DNA of 64,000 nt from Felis catus. Lineage: Eukaryota. Within the stretch, counting starts at the first letter, position 1. Every line of letters begins with the position of its first letter. Of this stretch, positions 49,201-60,025 are shown piece by piece. Below the pieces are notes generated by a model, which was not told the DNA's origin, searched no databases, and saw only the letters and a list, made by a program, of their open reading frames with translations. The stretch lies in contig NC_058383.1 in NCBI RefSeq assembly GCF_018350175.1, forward strand, positions 1,116,001-1,180,000, read 5' to 3'. Both the position numbers and the translations under genes were made by a program.

Positions 49201-51315
49201 GTGTGAGAAGGAGAGGCTTCAAGCCTCCCCCCCCCCCCCACCCGCCGGAAGACCTCACCAGAGGGACTGGCCTAGCACAGCAGCCCCAGCAGACCCTCCA
49301 GGCCTAACGGGTTGGCGGGGTGGGCACTTTCCCCTGCATTTCGTTGGTCCAAGCGAAATGATTCTTGGAGGCCCGAGTGCTTGCCTGAGAGGGGGCCCCC
49401 ATCTACCCACTGTCCACTCCACCGAGGGCCCACCCTTCCTCCTGAAGGGGCAGGGAGCTTCCCTGAACTGCGAGGTGATTCCTCCCTCTGAGAGTCACGC
49501 TGGGCCGCCCCCCAACCCCAGTCAAGGCCTGCCCTGATCCCGAGCCCTGGGGTGGGGGCTCCCCTGAGATCACATCCCCGCCCCTCCTTCCGGGCCACAG
49601 CTGCCAGAGGAGCTGTGCAGGGAGCACCCTTCCTTACCCCCGCCCCCCCCACCCCCCAGCATAACTCCTGTACCTTCATCCCCTTTCCCGAGGAATCCAA
49701 GCTCCGAGTTTAATGAGTCGTGAAGTGTGAGAACTTCCTGAGACCCCACCGCCCCTGATGCCAATTCCAGATGTGCGAGGTGGGAGGGGCTGAGCCTCCT
49801 GGCCAGTGAGCCACCCTGGTCGGACTGGAGCACCCTGGATCCAGGTCCCAGCCATCCGGGCCCTGAATTGGAAACAGGCAACTTCTCCACTGAGAAATTA
49901 CTCTTTTTATTTCTTGTAGCGTTCCTGGTGCCCTATTTCACGGCACCGACAAACGGAATATTACTTCTAAAACACTATGAAATACCAGGTCCTGTCCTCA
50001 GTGCTACTTCGGGGGAATTAAACGTTCGCTGATCGGTGAGAAGCTCCAGCGTTTCTTTTGGGGGCCGATCAGTGGGAGGAAGAGGAAGATTCTCAGGGAT
50101 TGTCTTGGCGCCCCAGAGGGCCTCGTTGGTGTCGGGGTTCGCCCGCTCATACCCGGCCAGCGTGTCTTAGATGGGGTCAGACACTTTGTACTAGCCTGCT
50201 CCTGCATTCTTTATTACTTGCAGGGCTCTGAGCCTGGCCTAGGCTGTCTGTGATCTATGACTTATCTGCCGGACGTCTCTGCTGATCCCCCACGTGTCCC
50301 CCCACCACTCCTGTTTGGTATCCTGATGTCATGGAGAAGTTCCTCTGACCCGCTAGAAAAAAGTTCCTCCCCTGTGTTAGTAAGTGTTCCGAAGTCTCGG
50401 CCAGACCTCACAGCAGACAACTTTGTTCCCCGGTGTTTGTGGTCAAGGCTGGGAGAGGCGCCGGAAAAGAGGGCTCTTCTGGAAAAATTTCAGCCCTCAG
50501 TTTGAGTGGAGATGGCTGCCTCCTCTTGCTTCTAACCAGTGCAGCTGACCAGAACAGGCAGCTGGGGGCCAGGAGAGGGCCTTCTAGCTGCTTGGGCCTG
50601 GCCCCACCCTAGGCGGCCCCACCAGCACACCCACCCCTTAGCGGGAGGCTGGAGCTGCCTTCCCAGGGGCGAGGAGCTACCAGCAGTGAGGGCTGGGGGC
50701 CCAAAGTGAGTCCGGAGGGAAGTCTGTCAGGGTGTGTGTGGAGAGAGGTGAGGCCTCCCCCCACCGCATAAGTAAGAAAGAAGCTACGGGGGCGTAAGAC
50801 AGGCAAATAACACCAGCGCCCACACTCCCATCACGTCCTCTCTTCTAAGACCTTTGCCCAAGGCCACTCTCCCAGTCCCTCAGAGAAGAAGGCAGGAGTG
50901 AGTACGGAAGGGCCAGCCTGGCTGTTCTGTTACTGGACCTCACCAGGGTAGGGCTGAAGAGGGTCCAGAAAAGAAAGCTAGCTTAGTGGCCTGTGAATTT
51001 CATCTCCCCCCCCCCCCATCTACTTAAACTGAAAACAAACAAGTGAAACAAAACACAGAGGCACCAGGGCCACGCCCCATGTGCCCCACAAACTGGGGGA
51101 CCTGCCTGGCCTCTGCAGGCACCAGGTTCAACCATGGAGGAGGGTTCCCCGGGGCGGCCCACCCCTGGCATGTTTGTGGACTCGGGATCCACAACTGCCC
51201 TGCTTCTGGACCAGGAAAGCCCCTCCCCAGGGTCCCCACCCAGAGTCCTGGGCCCCGCTGTGCAAAACCCAGTCTCCTGAGTTTCCTATAAACAACTGCT
51301 CACTGGGGTTAAGAC

Positions 51316-51365
51316 TCTCCCTCTCTCCCTCTCTCTCTCTCTCTCTCAAAAAAAAAAAAAAAAAA
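51316..51365. repeat. (CT)n followed by poly-A
   Basis: Direct reading. Confidence 0.85.
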
Positions 51366-52386
51366 GCGATTTAAAGATAATTAATTGTATTAAACTATTG
51401 ACTAACTACCTCGCTCAATAGTAATTCATTTAGAGAATATTAAAATTGGAGGAACAATAATAAAATTGATGCCAATTCCCACGGGGAGGGAGATGGCCAG
51501 CAAATTGGATACTTTCCTTAATCTGGCGTAAATAATAACAGTCTGCTCCCCTTCTCTCTCAGGCCGATTCCCCTATCATTTATTCCAGACTCTAAAGCCG
51601 GGCTTCATAATTGATATCAGTTACTCAATGAGTGCTTTTTCATTTGTTCTTGTTATCCGTGATAATTGCGAAGTTCAGCCTCTCTCAGAGTTGAGATTCG
51701 GCGGCTCTACCGTGGAGGCCTGCCTGGTTCCTCGGGCGCCCGCCGTGCAGGGGCAAGGCTGGGAGGTGGGGGGCTCTGGCTGCCTCCTCCCCGGCTGGGT
51801 TTTACTCCTTGTGGCCAGCGGCACACTAGCCCGATCCTGGGGCCGAGCCGCAGGGACCCGACCGTGGGCGCAGAAAGTGCGCGGGGCCTTCGCTGGGGCC
51901 GTGACCGTCCATCCAGAGCCCCGCCATCCCCGACAGGCCACGTTTGGTGGCAAACCCAGGGTCCAGAGCTGCTCCAACCATCCGTTTTTGTTTGAAAACC
52001 GGTGGGTGAAAGCGATGAATCCCAAATGACACCTGGGGACAAAATGCCACAGAGCCTGGAGGAAATTTTGGGAGATAGGGAAAGGGAGGGACACTTGACA
52101 GGGGGGCAGCTGGGCCAGGGGTCGGGCGCGGCGGGCCGGAAGGACACGTTCCTGGCTGCCTGCGCGCTGCCTCCCACACCGCCCCGGGCGCAGGATGGTC
52201 GCAGACTGGCCGGCCGGAGCCCTGGCAGCTAGTCGGGTCCTCGAGATGACTATTTCGTTACTTATTCACTTATTTATTCATTTATAAAGTGTTTACTTAG
52301 CTCGGTGCAGATGTAACATCTCATTTACAGCGTGGCCTCGGGGCATAGAAACAATTGGCAACAAAAGCGTAACTCCGGAGAATTAG

Positions 52387-52406
52387 ACACACGCGCGCGC
52401 GCACAC

Positions 52407-52446
<40 letters not shown>

Positions 52447-52466
52447 GCGCGCGCACACACACACAC
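52387..52466. repeat. (CA)n/(CG)n alternating purine-pyrimidine repeat
   Basis: 80 bp of uninterrupted RY alternation. Confidence 0.95.
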
Positions 52467-52469
52467 CCC

Positions 52470-53850
52470 AGAGCTGGGGGGGGGAGGGAGGGCGGACAGC
52501 GCGCGACCGAGCCAGGAGAGGGACGGAACCAGGAGGGCAGTGGGACCCCTGGCAGCGACCCCGCAGGAATTGGGTGGGGGCCGCGCGGGTGCGCACCTTA
52601 GGGGGCTCGGGCCGCCGTCCCTGGGGCGCCCTTGGAACGGGTCCGGGCCCGCCCGGGACCCCGAGGCGGCGGTGGCCAGGGCGGCCCCACGGAGGGCGCG
52701 CACCCCTGCTTCGCGGGCCCGGGAGGGGCGGCTCAGGCCGGGCCCCTCCCGGCCGGCTCCCGGGAGGGAGCCCCGTTCCCGTCCCCCGCGGAGGGCGCGC
52801 AGGCCTCACAGAGGACCGCCCCCTCCCCTGCCCGCGTCGCGGCCGCCTGAGCCCCTGCAGCAGGTCCTCACGGCCGCGTGACCACAGCCGCGCAGCGGGG
52901 AAACTGAGGCCCCGCGGCGCCGTGGTGGGCGGAGGCCGCGAGGGGCCTGGGCGCCCGGGAAGGTGCCCGGGGCTGGGACACGAGGGGCAGAGGGGGCAGT
53001 GGGGGCGCATCGGCCGGACCCCGGGCCCTCCCCTCCCCTGCACCGCGTCCGGGGTTTCCGCAGTGGGTGTCAGGCGGCCGTGCACAGAAAGGGCTGCAGG
53101 GGGTCCCCGCCCCCCGCGGGCGCCGGGGCGCGGACGGGAGGCAGCTGGGACTGTTTAACTGGGAGCCGGTTGCTTGGCAACCCGCGGCGGCTCATTACCG
53201 CGGCCACAGTGATTAACCAAAAAAGAAAAAAAAAAAAAAAAGAAGAAGAAAGGGAAAGAGGGAAAGAAAAAAAGTAAGGAAGGAAAAACAGGGGGAAAGC
53301 GGGAAGATGAAAGTAAAGCGGATGATTTAATTAGCTAATTGATAATCAACTCCTTAATTATTCACTGAATGTAGAAAGTGCGGCCACAACTCTGCCCTCG
53401 TCAAGCGTGTTGATGCCCTGGCGGGATTCCTAGAGGTGCCCTCCTCCCCCTCCCCTGCAGCTCCAGCGCTCCGTCCCCCGGGAGAGGGCGACTGAGAGTG
53501 TTAGAATATTCTGTGACAGCCCTCCGCATCCGTCCGCCAGCCAGCGGTCCGGTCCGATCCGATCCGCAGGCTCTTCCAGGGGCGCGGGGCGCCGGGCGGG
53601 GGAGTGGCGGCAGGGGGCTGCGGGGGGCGGGGGCGGGATGCGCTTCCTTCCCACCGCTTCTTTTTGCCTCACCCCCTGCCTCGACTTGTGTGTGCTCAGG
53701 CCGCGTTCGAGGTGCGGGGCTGTGGGGACAGGCTGGCCCTGGCCTTCTCGAGCCAGGTGACTCGCACCGGGGCAGGCGGTACGCGGGCACCTGCGGGCCG
53801 GCGCTGGGTCCAGCCGGTGGGGACTTGGCTGGCAGCCTGGCTAGCACGTG
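52470..53850. promoter_or_regulatory. Distal downstream CpG island
   Basis: CpG-dense, GC boxes, with an internal AT-rich TAAT cluster at 53150-53390. Confidence 0.7.
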
Positions 53851-56001
53851 CCAAAGAGCCTGTGCGCTAAGTGCTTCCTCTGTCAGGTTTGAGGACAGGA
53901 AGGTGAGGCCTACTCACACAGCAATTTTAGGCACAGCCAAGAGTTCAGGGAGAGCGAGCCAAGGGAGGTGGCCAGGAGGTGTAGTCCGAGGCAGGTCCCC
54001 CCCCCCGCCCCCCCGCCACAGGGCCGGGAGGTCAGACACGGCAGGATGGGAGCTGGGAGGGTCACCGTCTCCCCTGAGTCTCAAAGGCTGTCTGAAGGGC
54101 CTGTAGAGGCTGCTGGGAGTGTCCCCTGGCTCCCTTCCACATGGGCGCCCTTCTCCCTAGCTGCGGGGACCCACAGCTGAGGCTCTCCCCGGCCTGAAGG
54201 GGCCCGTAGCCACATCTGAGGACTCCTTCGCTGTGGATACAAAGGCCAGCCGTGGACCTCCGCTTGGGACGGCTCGGAAGCACCCCACGGGGTGCAGTGA
54301 GCTTCTCCCTCTGTCCTGTCCCCCCTCTCCTGCCTTCCTTCCTGGAAGCCTCTAACGCAGCACACAGATTCCTCTCAGATCCCCTGATCTCCTGCAGCCA
54401 CTGCCCAGGCCCAGGGGAACTGGGAGTGGAGAAGCGTGGGGCGCACAGGGGTGCTCTCACTGGTCTTGGGAGCTGGACACTGAGAGCTGGGGCCCCCCAT
54501 CTTTTCCCTTCCCCCTCCTTCCCTGGCCCTCCTCTTTCCTCCTGCTCAGATTCTAGCCCCTTCTGCTCCCGCCTCACCTCCTGTGAGGCCCTGACCCTCA
54601 GCCAAGCCCTCTCTGACACGTGAGAAGCCCAAAGCAGCCGCTTGACTGGGGGCTGGGGAGGAAGGGGAAGGCGGCACCCACCGCAGGGGACGCTGCTCTG
54701 GACCTCGCCCTGTGTCCACTGGGTGCCAGGGGTGGGTGATAGTACAGGGGCCACTGCTGGAGTTGGGGAGCACCACCCGGGGCCTCGGGCGCCACGCCAC
54801 GGTCACTGAGATCCACAGATGCTGGCGGGGTTGAGGCCAGGCCTGAGGTAGGAGGGAGGACAAGGCCACCTGCTCTGCCTCCGGCATGCCTTGCTTGGTC
54901 CGTCAGAGCAGAGGGTCGAGAGGAAGCATCGAAAAGAGGACTGAGTCTAACGGTTCATTATGAGCCCTTGCAGGTTTGCTAGAGGGAGTGGGCACAGCTT
55001 CCTGAACTAGAACTTGGTGGTGGGGCGAGGGAGGGCAGGGCAGACCCCCAACACTGGGGTCTCTCTTTGCGCCTTGGCCTGGATCGAGGGCCCTCCGCTT
55101 GCTCTCCTCACCTGAGTCGCACGACGTGTGTGCCAGATGAGGCATGTCCCAGGGGCTCTGGGACAGCATGGCAGTCTCTGTGGGGGGAGGGGCTGGACTG
55201 GTGTTGCCTGTTTCTGCAAGTCAGTGTCACAGCCACCCAAAGCCTTTCATCTTTATAGCTGTGAGTCTGAGTTCTCTGTCTGGCCGTCCAGCCTTGCAGT
55301 CGCTGTCCCTTCGTGGATCCAGAATCTCGGGGGTAAATCCCTCCAACTTGGATCCATCCATCCCACCCCGCCCCCCAAGCTCGCGTGTTGCCAGCGACGT
55401 GCCTGGGGGCCCACACCCTAACCATCTTCAGGATGATGGGGAGGTCTTTGGGGCCCCAGGACCCTGTGAGAACTGTCACACGTGGGTGTTACAACGTACC
55501 CGGGATTTGTTTTAATCAGGAACGATGAGGCGGGCAGACACAGAAAGGTCCCTCAGGAAGGAAGACAGTTAACACGCACATTCCTAGAACCAGGAGACAT
55601 GGCCCCCCACTGATGGCCAGGTGAGGAAGCACCAGGAGGCAGAGGGAGTTGGGGGCGGGCATAGAGGGGGGAGAGGCGCGGCCCAGGGCTTTTATTGTGT
55701 CCCAGGGAAGGGTCGGTGGCGTGAGATCGGCACATTCGAGCAAGTGTAGGACTGGCCAGTTTGAATAACTTTGGCAGGCTGGGGCCTTTGGGTGTCCCTA
55801 TTCGTTTGCCCCCCCCCCCCCCCGCGACTGGGGGGGTGGGGGATAGTGCCTCCTGGAGCCTCGGTTCCAGTGTGGGCTCCCGATGCTTGGTTTGCATTTG
55901 AAAGACATGTTCCTGGGGCAAGGAATTTACTATCTGGGACGAGCAGTCTGTCCCCAGTCAGTAAGGCTGAGGATGCCCCAGCACCTGGAGGACAGAAAGT
56001 C

Positions 56002-56129
56002 GGCGGCACCAGGCTGGCTCAGTCCGCGGAACATGCGACTCTTGATCTCCGGGTCATGAGTTTGAGTCCCACGTTGGGTGCAGAGATCACTTAAGATAAA
56101 TGCATAAATAAATTTAAAAACATTTTAAA
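56002..56129 (+). mobile_element. Short old Can-SINE
   Basis: GGCACCAGGCTGGCTCAGTC...TGAGTTTGAGTCCCACGTTGGGTGCAGAGATCAC; TSD GGAG(G/T)ACAGAAAG. Confidence 0.85.
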
Positions 56130-56979
56130 GGAGTACAGAAAGGAAACATGCTTAATATACCTGCTCTCTTCTCCCCACCCACACCCCGCCTTTGGTGGGG
56201 GGAGGGAGGCCCGAAGGTTCAAACCCATTACTAACCCCTGGGCCAAATACAGGGATTGAGGGGAGTCATGGCCCAGGACCAAGGGGAGGGGCCGGGGCTG
56301 GAGAGCAGAGTTTATGTGGGTCCACTGTGGGAGGTGCACCTGGGCCCCCAGAGGGCACGGCTCCTGTGCAGACCCGTCCAGAAGCAAGGTGCCCCCAGCC
56401 CCCTGCCTGCTCCTGGTGGGGCTGGGGGCCCAAAGAGGGGCCCTGAGCTTTATCAAAGCATTCGGACTCGACCTATCTCGTGTGGGCTTCACCCTGGCTC
56501 AGCAGGCTGCTGAGGGCCGGAGTGGACAGCGGCAGCTCAGAATCAGGGCAGGGGGCCTTGGGACTGTCACTGGGCTGTGTGGCAGCTGCCCATGCAACAG
56601 TCTGGGCAAACAGCCTGGCAAGGCGGGAGTGGGGCTGTGGGCGAGAGCGTGAGGCGGCCGGCTCACCCTTGTTACCGGGGGCCCTCTCCCCTCGTCTGCA
56701 GGGAGTGCCCTCGGCTCCCCACCAGTCCCCTGGGCGTCCCTGTCCTGTTTCCCCGACCTGCCCTGAGGGCTGAGTAGCAGCCACAGAAGGTGGAAGGATG
56801 GTCAGGTTGATTTCCCGCCACCTGATTTTGACTCCCTGCAAGCTGGTTTCCGGGCGCTTCTCTCCTAAGGCTGCGAGGGGACCGAGCAGGGGCCTGGCAG
56901 GGTCTCTGCAGCACGAGGAGGCCCTGAGGCCTGAGCCCCTTGGGCATATCCACCTCTCTGATTCCTCCCAGGTGGTGGG

Positions 56980-57290
56980 GAGGACTCGGGGGGTGGCATA
57001 CGCTGTGTCCCTGATGCCACAGTTCACACCCTAAAGCCCCAGCCCCCAGCACCTCGGCAGGTGACTCTGTCTGGAGCCTGGGTCTGTAAAGAGGGGATTA
57101 CAGTAAAATGAAGTCACCAGAGTGGGCGACGAGGAGACGAGGGGAGAGGACGGTCTCCTCTAGGTGCCAAGAAGAGACCAGCCGTGCCCCACCTTCACCT
57201 CTGACTTCTGGTCTCTGGAACAGAGAGGTGACACGTGTCCGGGGTACGCCCCCTGTCTGGGATATCTGTCCCGGCAGCCCTAGCTGGCGA
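56980..57290 (+). mobile_element. MLT1-type MaLR solo LTR relic
   Basis: CCCCCAGCACCTC...GTGACT...TAAAGAGGGGATTACAGTAAAATGAAGTCA...CCACCTTCACCTCTGACTTCTGG...GGCAGCCCTAG. Confidence 0.7.
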
Positions 57291-58168
57291 GCACGCCTCG
57301 CGTCCCGGGGAGGTCACAGGCCTGACGAGAAGGAGATGCCCCTGGCTGGACTGCACTCAGACTCACCTGGGCCCTGGGGTGACTTTGGGGCGGCGCTCTG
57401 ACACCAACAGGCCTCAGTGTCCTCGCTGTGGAAGTTGCTCCAAGGGTTGGGAACAGATCTGGTTCCCCCGGGACATTAAGCCCGGGAACAGCACTTAACC
57501 TTCCTCCAGACCAAGCAGTCCAGGACAGAGGAGGGGACCCTCGTGTCCCTGTCCCCCTGCCCAGCTCCCTGGGGGAGGAGGCCGGTAGTTCCGGCCTCCT
57601 GTGTCCCAGGTCTTTGGACCGAGCCTTCGGGAGGCCGACAGATGTTTCTACGGGGTGGGGGCATGCTTCTGTCTCCGGAGCCTTCCTTACCGGCAGAGAG
57701 GGGAAGGCTGGCCTTGGCCGTGGTGGTTTCTGTGGAGGGAGCTGGCATGTGGGGTGGAGGGCTGTTCCCAGCTTTTAGCTGCAGATTTATGTAAATATGG
57801 ATTATGGAATTTGGCCCCAATTCTCCCTTCCCTTCCCTCCTCCCCTCCCCCAGAGCAGACTGGGCATTAGTGCCCGTTGGTGGGTGGATTTCTGCAGCCT
57901 GTCAATGGGCAGCAGTTAATTCTCAGGCAAATGTCTACTTATCTCACCGTGTGGTAGGCTTAGGCATTTGCAAAGGACCGCCTCGCTCAGCCTGGAAGGG
58001 GGTGGAAGGGAAGGGAGGGGTGCAGCTGGCCACAAGAAAGGGGAACTTTCCTGACCCTTGCTTCAGGGTGACAGTCACACAGCCACCAGGGGCATGGGTA
58101 GAAGGGGTACCCAGCAGCCAGACCCATCTGCTTCTGGCTTTGTGAGTCTGGGCGGGGGTGGGGGCGGA

Positions 58169-58530
58169 TTCCTTCCTTCCTTCCTTCCTTCCTTCCTTCC
58201 TTCCTTCCTTCCTTCCTTCCTTCGTTCTGTCCTTCCTTCCTTCCTTCTGTCCTTCGTTCTGTCCTTCCTTCCTTCCTTCCTTCTGTCCTTCGTCCTGTCC
58301 TTCCTTCCTTCTTTCCTTCCTTCCGTCCTTCCTTCCTTCCTTCTGTCCTTCGTTCTGTCCTTCCTTCCTTCCTTCTGTCCTTCGTTCTGTCCTTCCTTCC
58401 TTCCTTCCTTCCTTCCTTCTGTCCTTCGTCCTGTCCTTCCTTCCTTCTTTCCTTCCTTCTGTCTTTCCTTCCTTCCTTCCTTCCTTCCTTCCTTCCTTCC
58501 TTCCTTCCTTCCCTCCTTGCTTCCTTCCTC
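58169..58530. repeat. Complex (TTCC)n array with CTGTCC/TTCG variant units
   Basis: Direct reading. Confidence 0.95.
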
Positions 58531-58552
58531 CCACCCACCCCCTCTCTTCCTT

Positions 58553-58635
58553 TCTTAAGTAAACTCTACCCCCAATGTGGGGCTTGAACTCATGACCCAG
58601 AGACCAAGAGTAGCATGCTCCCTCAACTGAGGTCT
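58553..58635 (-). mobile_element. Short Can-SINE fragment
   Basis: TAAGTAAACTCTACCCCCAATGTGGGGCTTGAACTCATGACC...AAGAGTAGCATGCTC. Confidence 0.75.
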
Positions 58636-59834
58636 GAGGAAACAAGGACAGTCACTCGCTCCGCAGGGCAGCTTGGGGACAAGGCTAGTAAGTCTGTCAC
58701 CTGAAACCTGAGGGCACGATTCTGTCCTCGATCACCTCTGGTTTAGAAACACACAGGAGATAGGCATGCGCTCAGCTAAAGCTGAAGCCATGAGTCTGGT
58801 CAGGCACGTTGAGCCAAGCCTCCTCAGGGCCAGCGAGCGGGGCGCTGGCCCTGCTGGGGGACAGGCTCTGGTTCCCGTGAGAACTCCCTGAAAGAGGCCC
58901 TGGGGTGGGGGCGGACCCCAGAGGCTTCCTCAGGCCTGCGCACAAGAGCACGGTTGTCGCTCAGAGGAGGTTTGGCTTGCCGGGTGAGCGATATCGAGTC
59001 GGGCCGAGTCGGGCCGAGGCTCCGGCTTTGGGAGTCGGCCCTGCACACGGGTCCTGCGTGCTCTGGCCATGTGGGCTCACCTGGCTTGCTCAGCATGTGT
59101 GGGCCTCAAGCTCCCGGTCTGCCACCCAGGAGCGCTGAAGTCTCCCAAGGGCAGGTGACCACTGTCCCCCATCGACCCCCTTCTCCCTCTGGTTTCAGAG
59201 CCACAAGAACCACGAAATTAGTTCTAACAAAATTACCCCTTCACTTCACTGCTAATCCCCTAACTCCCTTAATTAAGTCAATGGTAGCCTAAATTGTTCT
59301 AAACATCTTTGGGGGATTAGATATTTTAATCATCATTATCCAATGAATATTTGATTCTATAGTCATCGTATAATCAAGAGTAAAAATTATAATCCGAAAA
59401 AAGGCATTTCATAACACTTTAAAGGCCGGGGTATTTGATAAAGAGCGCTGGGGGATTAGGTGCCGTGCTGAGCTGGGAGGAGTGGTCGCTCTGTTCTGGG
59501 AAAGAAGACTGATCTAAGGAACAAGGAAGCCAGATGCCGTGTGTCCTCCTCGTCATTCCCTGCCCCTCAAGTAACAAGGTATCTTATTGGGACAGCTGTT
59601 TTGGAAGTGATTTTTATAAACATCACTAGGTTTGCGGTTTCCACGGAGTTCTGTGGGAGCCTCTGAGTTGGCTGGTGAGATTCAGAGCTTGTGAGGCCTT
59701 CCGGCCTGTGTGCGGAGATGTGATCCCAGCTTCCGCCTTGAGGCCGGGACTGTCCGCCTTGGCCCACCCCGCGCCCTGCAGCTCTCCGTGAACCTGGTGG
59801 TGGAGGGACAGAAGAGTGAGGAGTCCACACCCAG

Positions 59835-60025
59835 CCCCCGCCACCAGCCTGCTGCGTGACCTAAGGCAACTTGCTGAACTCCTCTGTGCCTGGGTTTCCC
59901 TATCGGTTAAGTGGAGATCATATAAGGTCCAGTGGGCTTGTGGGGAGCTCTGAGTGAGGTAACGCCGGGAGGTGCTTAGACGGCACCTGGCCCGTGGTTA
60001 GACTCTGTAAGTATGAGCTGTTACA
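59835..60025 (+). mobile_element. MIR
   Basis: GCTGCGTGACCTAAGGCAACTTGCTGAACTCCTCTGTGCCTGGGTTTCCC...GTGCTTAGAC...CCTGGC. Confidence 0.75.

Noticed and set aside
51316..51365. 5'-truncated Can-SINE or retrocopy
   Set aside because: No SINE head and no target-site duplication seen; treated as a simple repeat
45419..54887. Many 100-250 aa Pro/Arg/Gly-rich ORFs
   Set aside because: Overlap in all frames, no splice-consistent structure or recognisable domain; expected at this GC content
57944..58645. ORFs of EGRK / FLPS repeats
   Set aside because: Translations of the TTCC microsatellite
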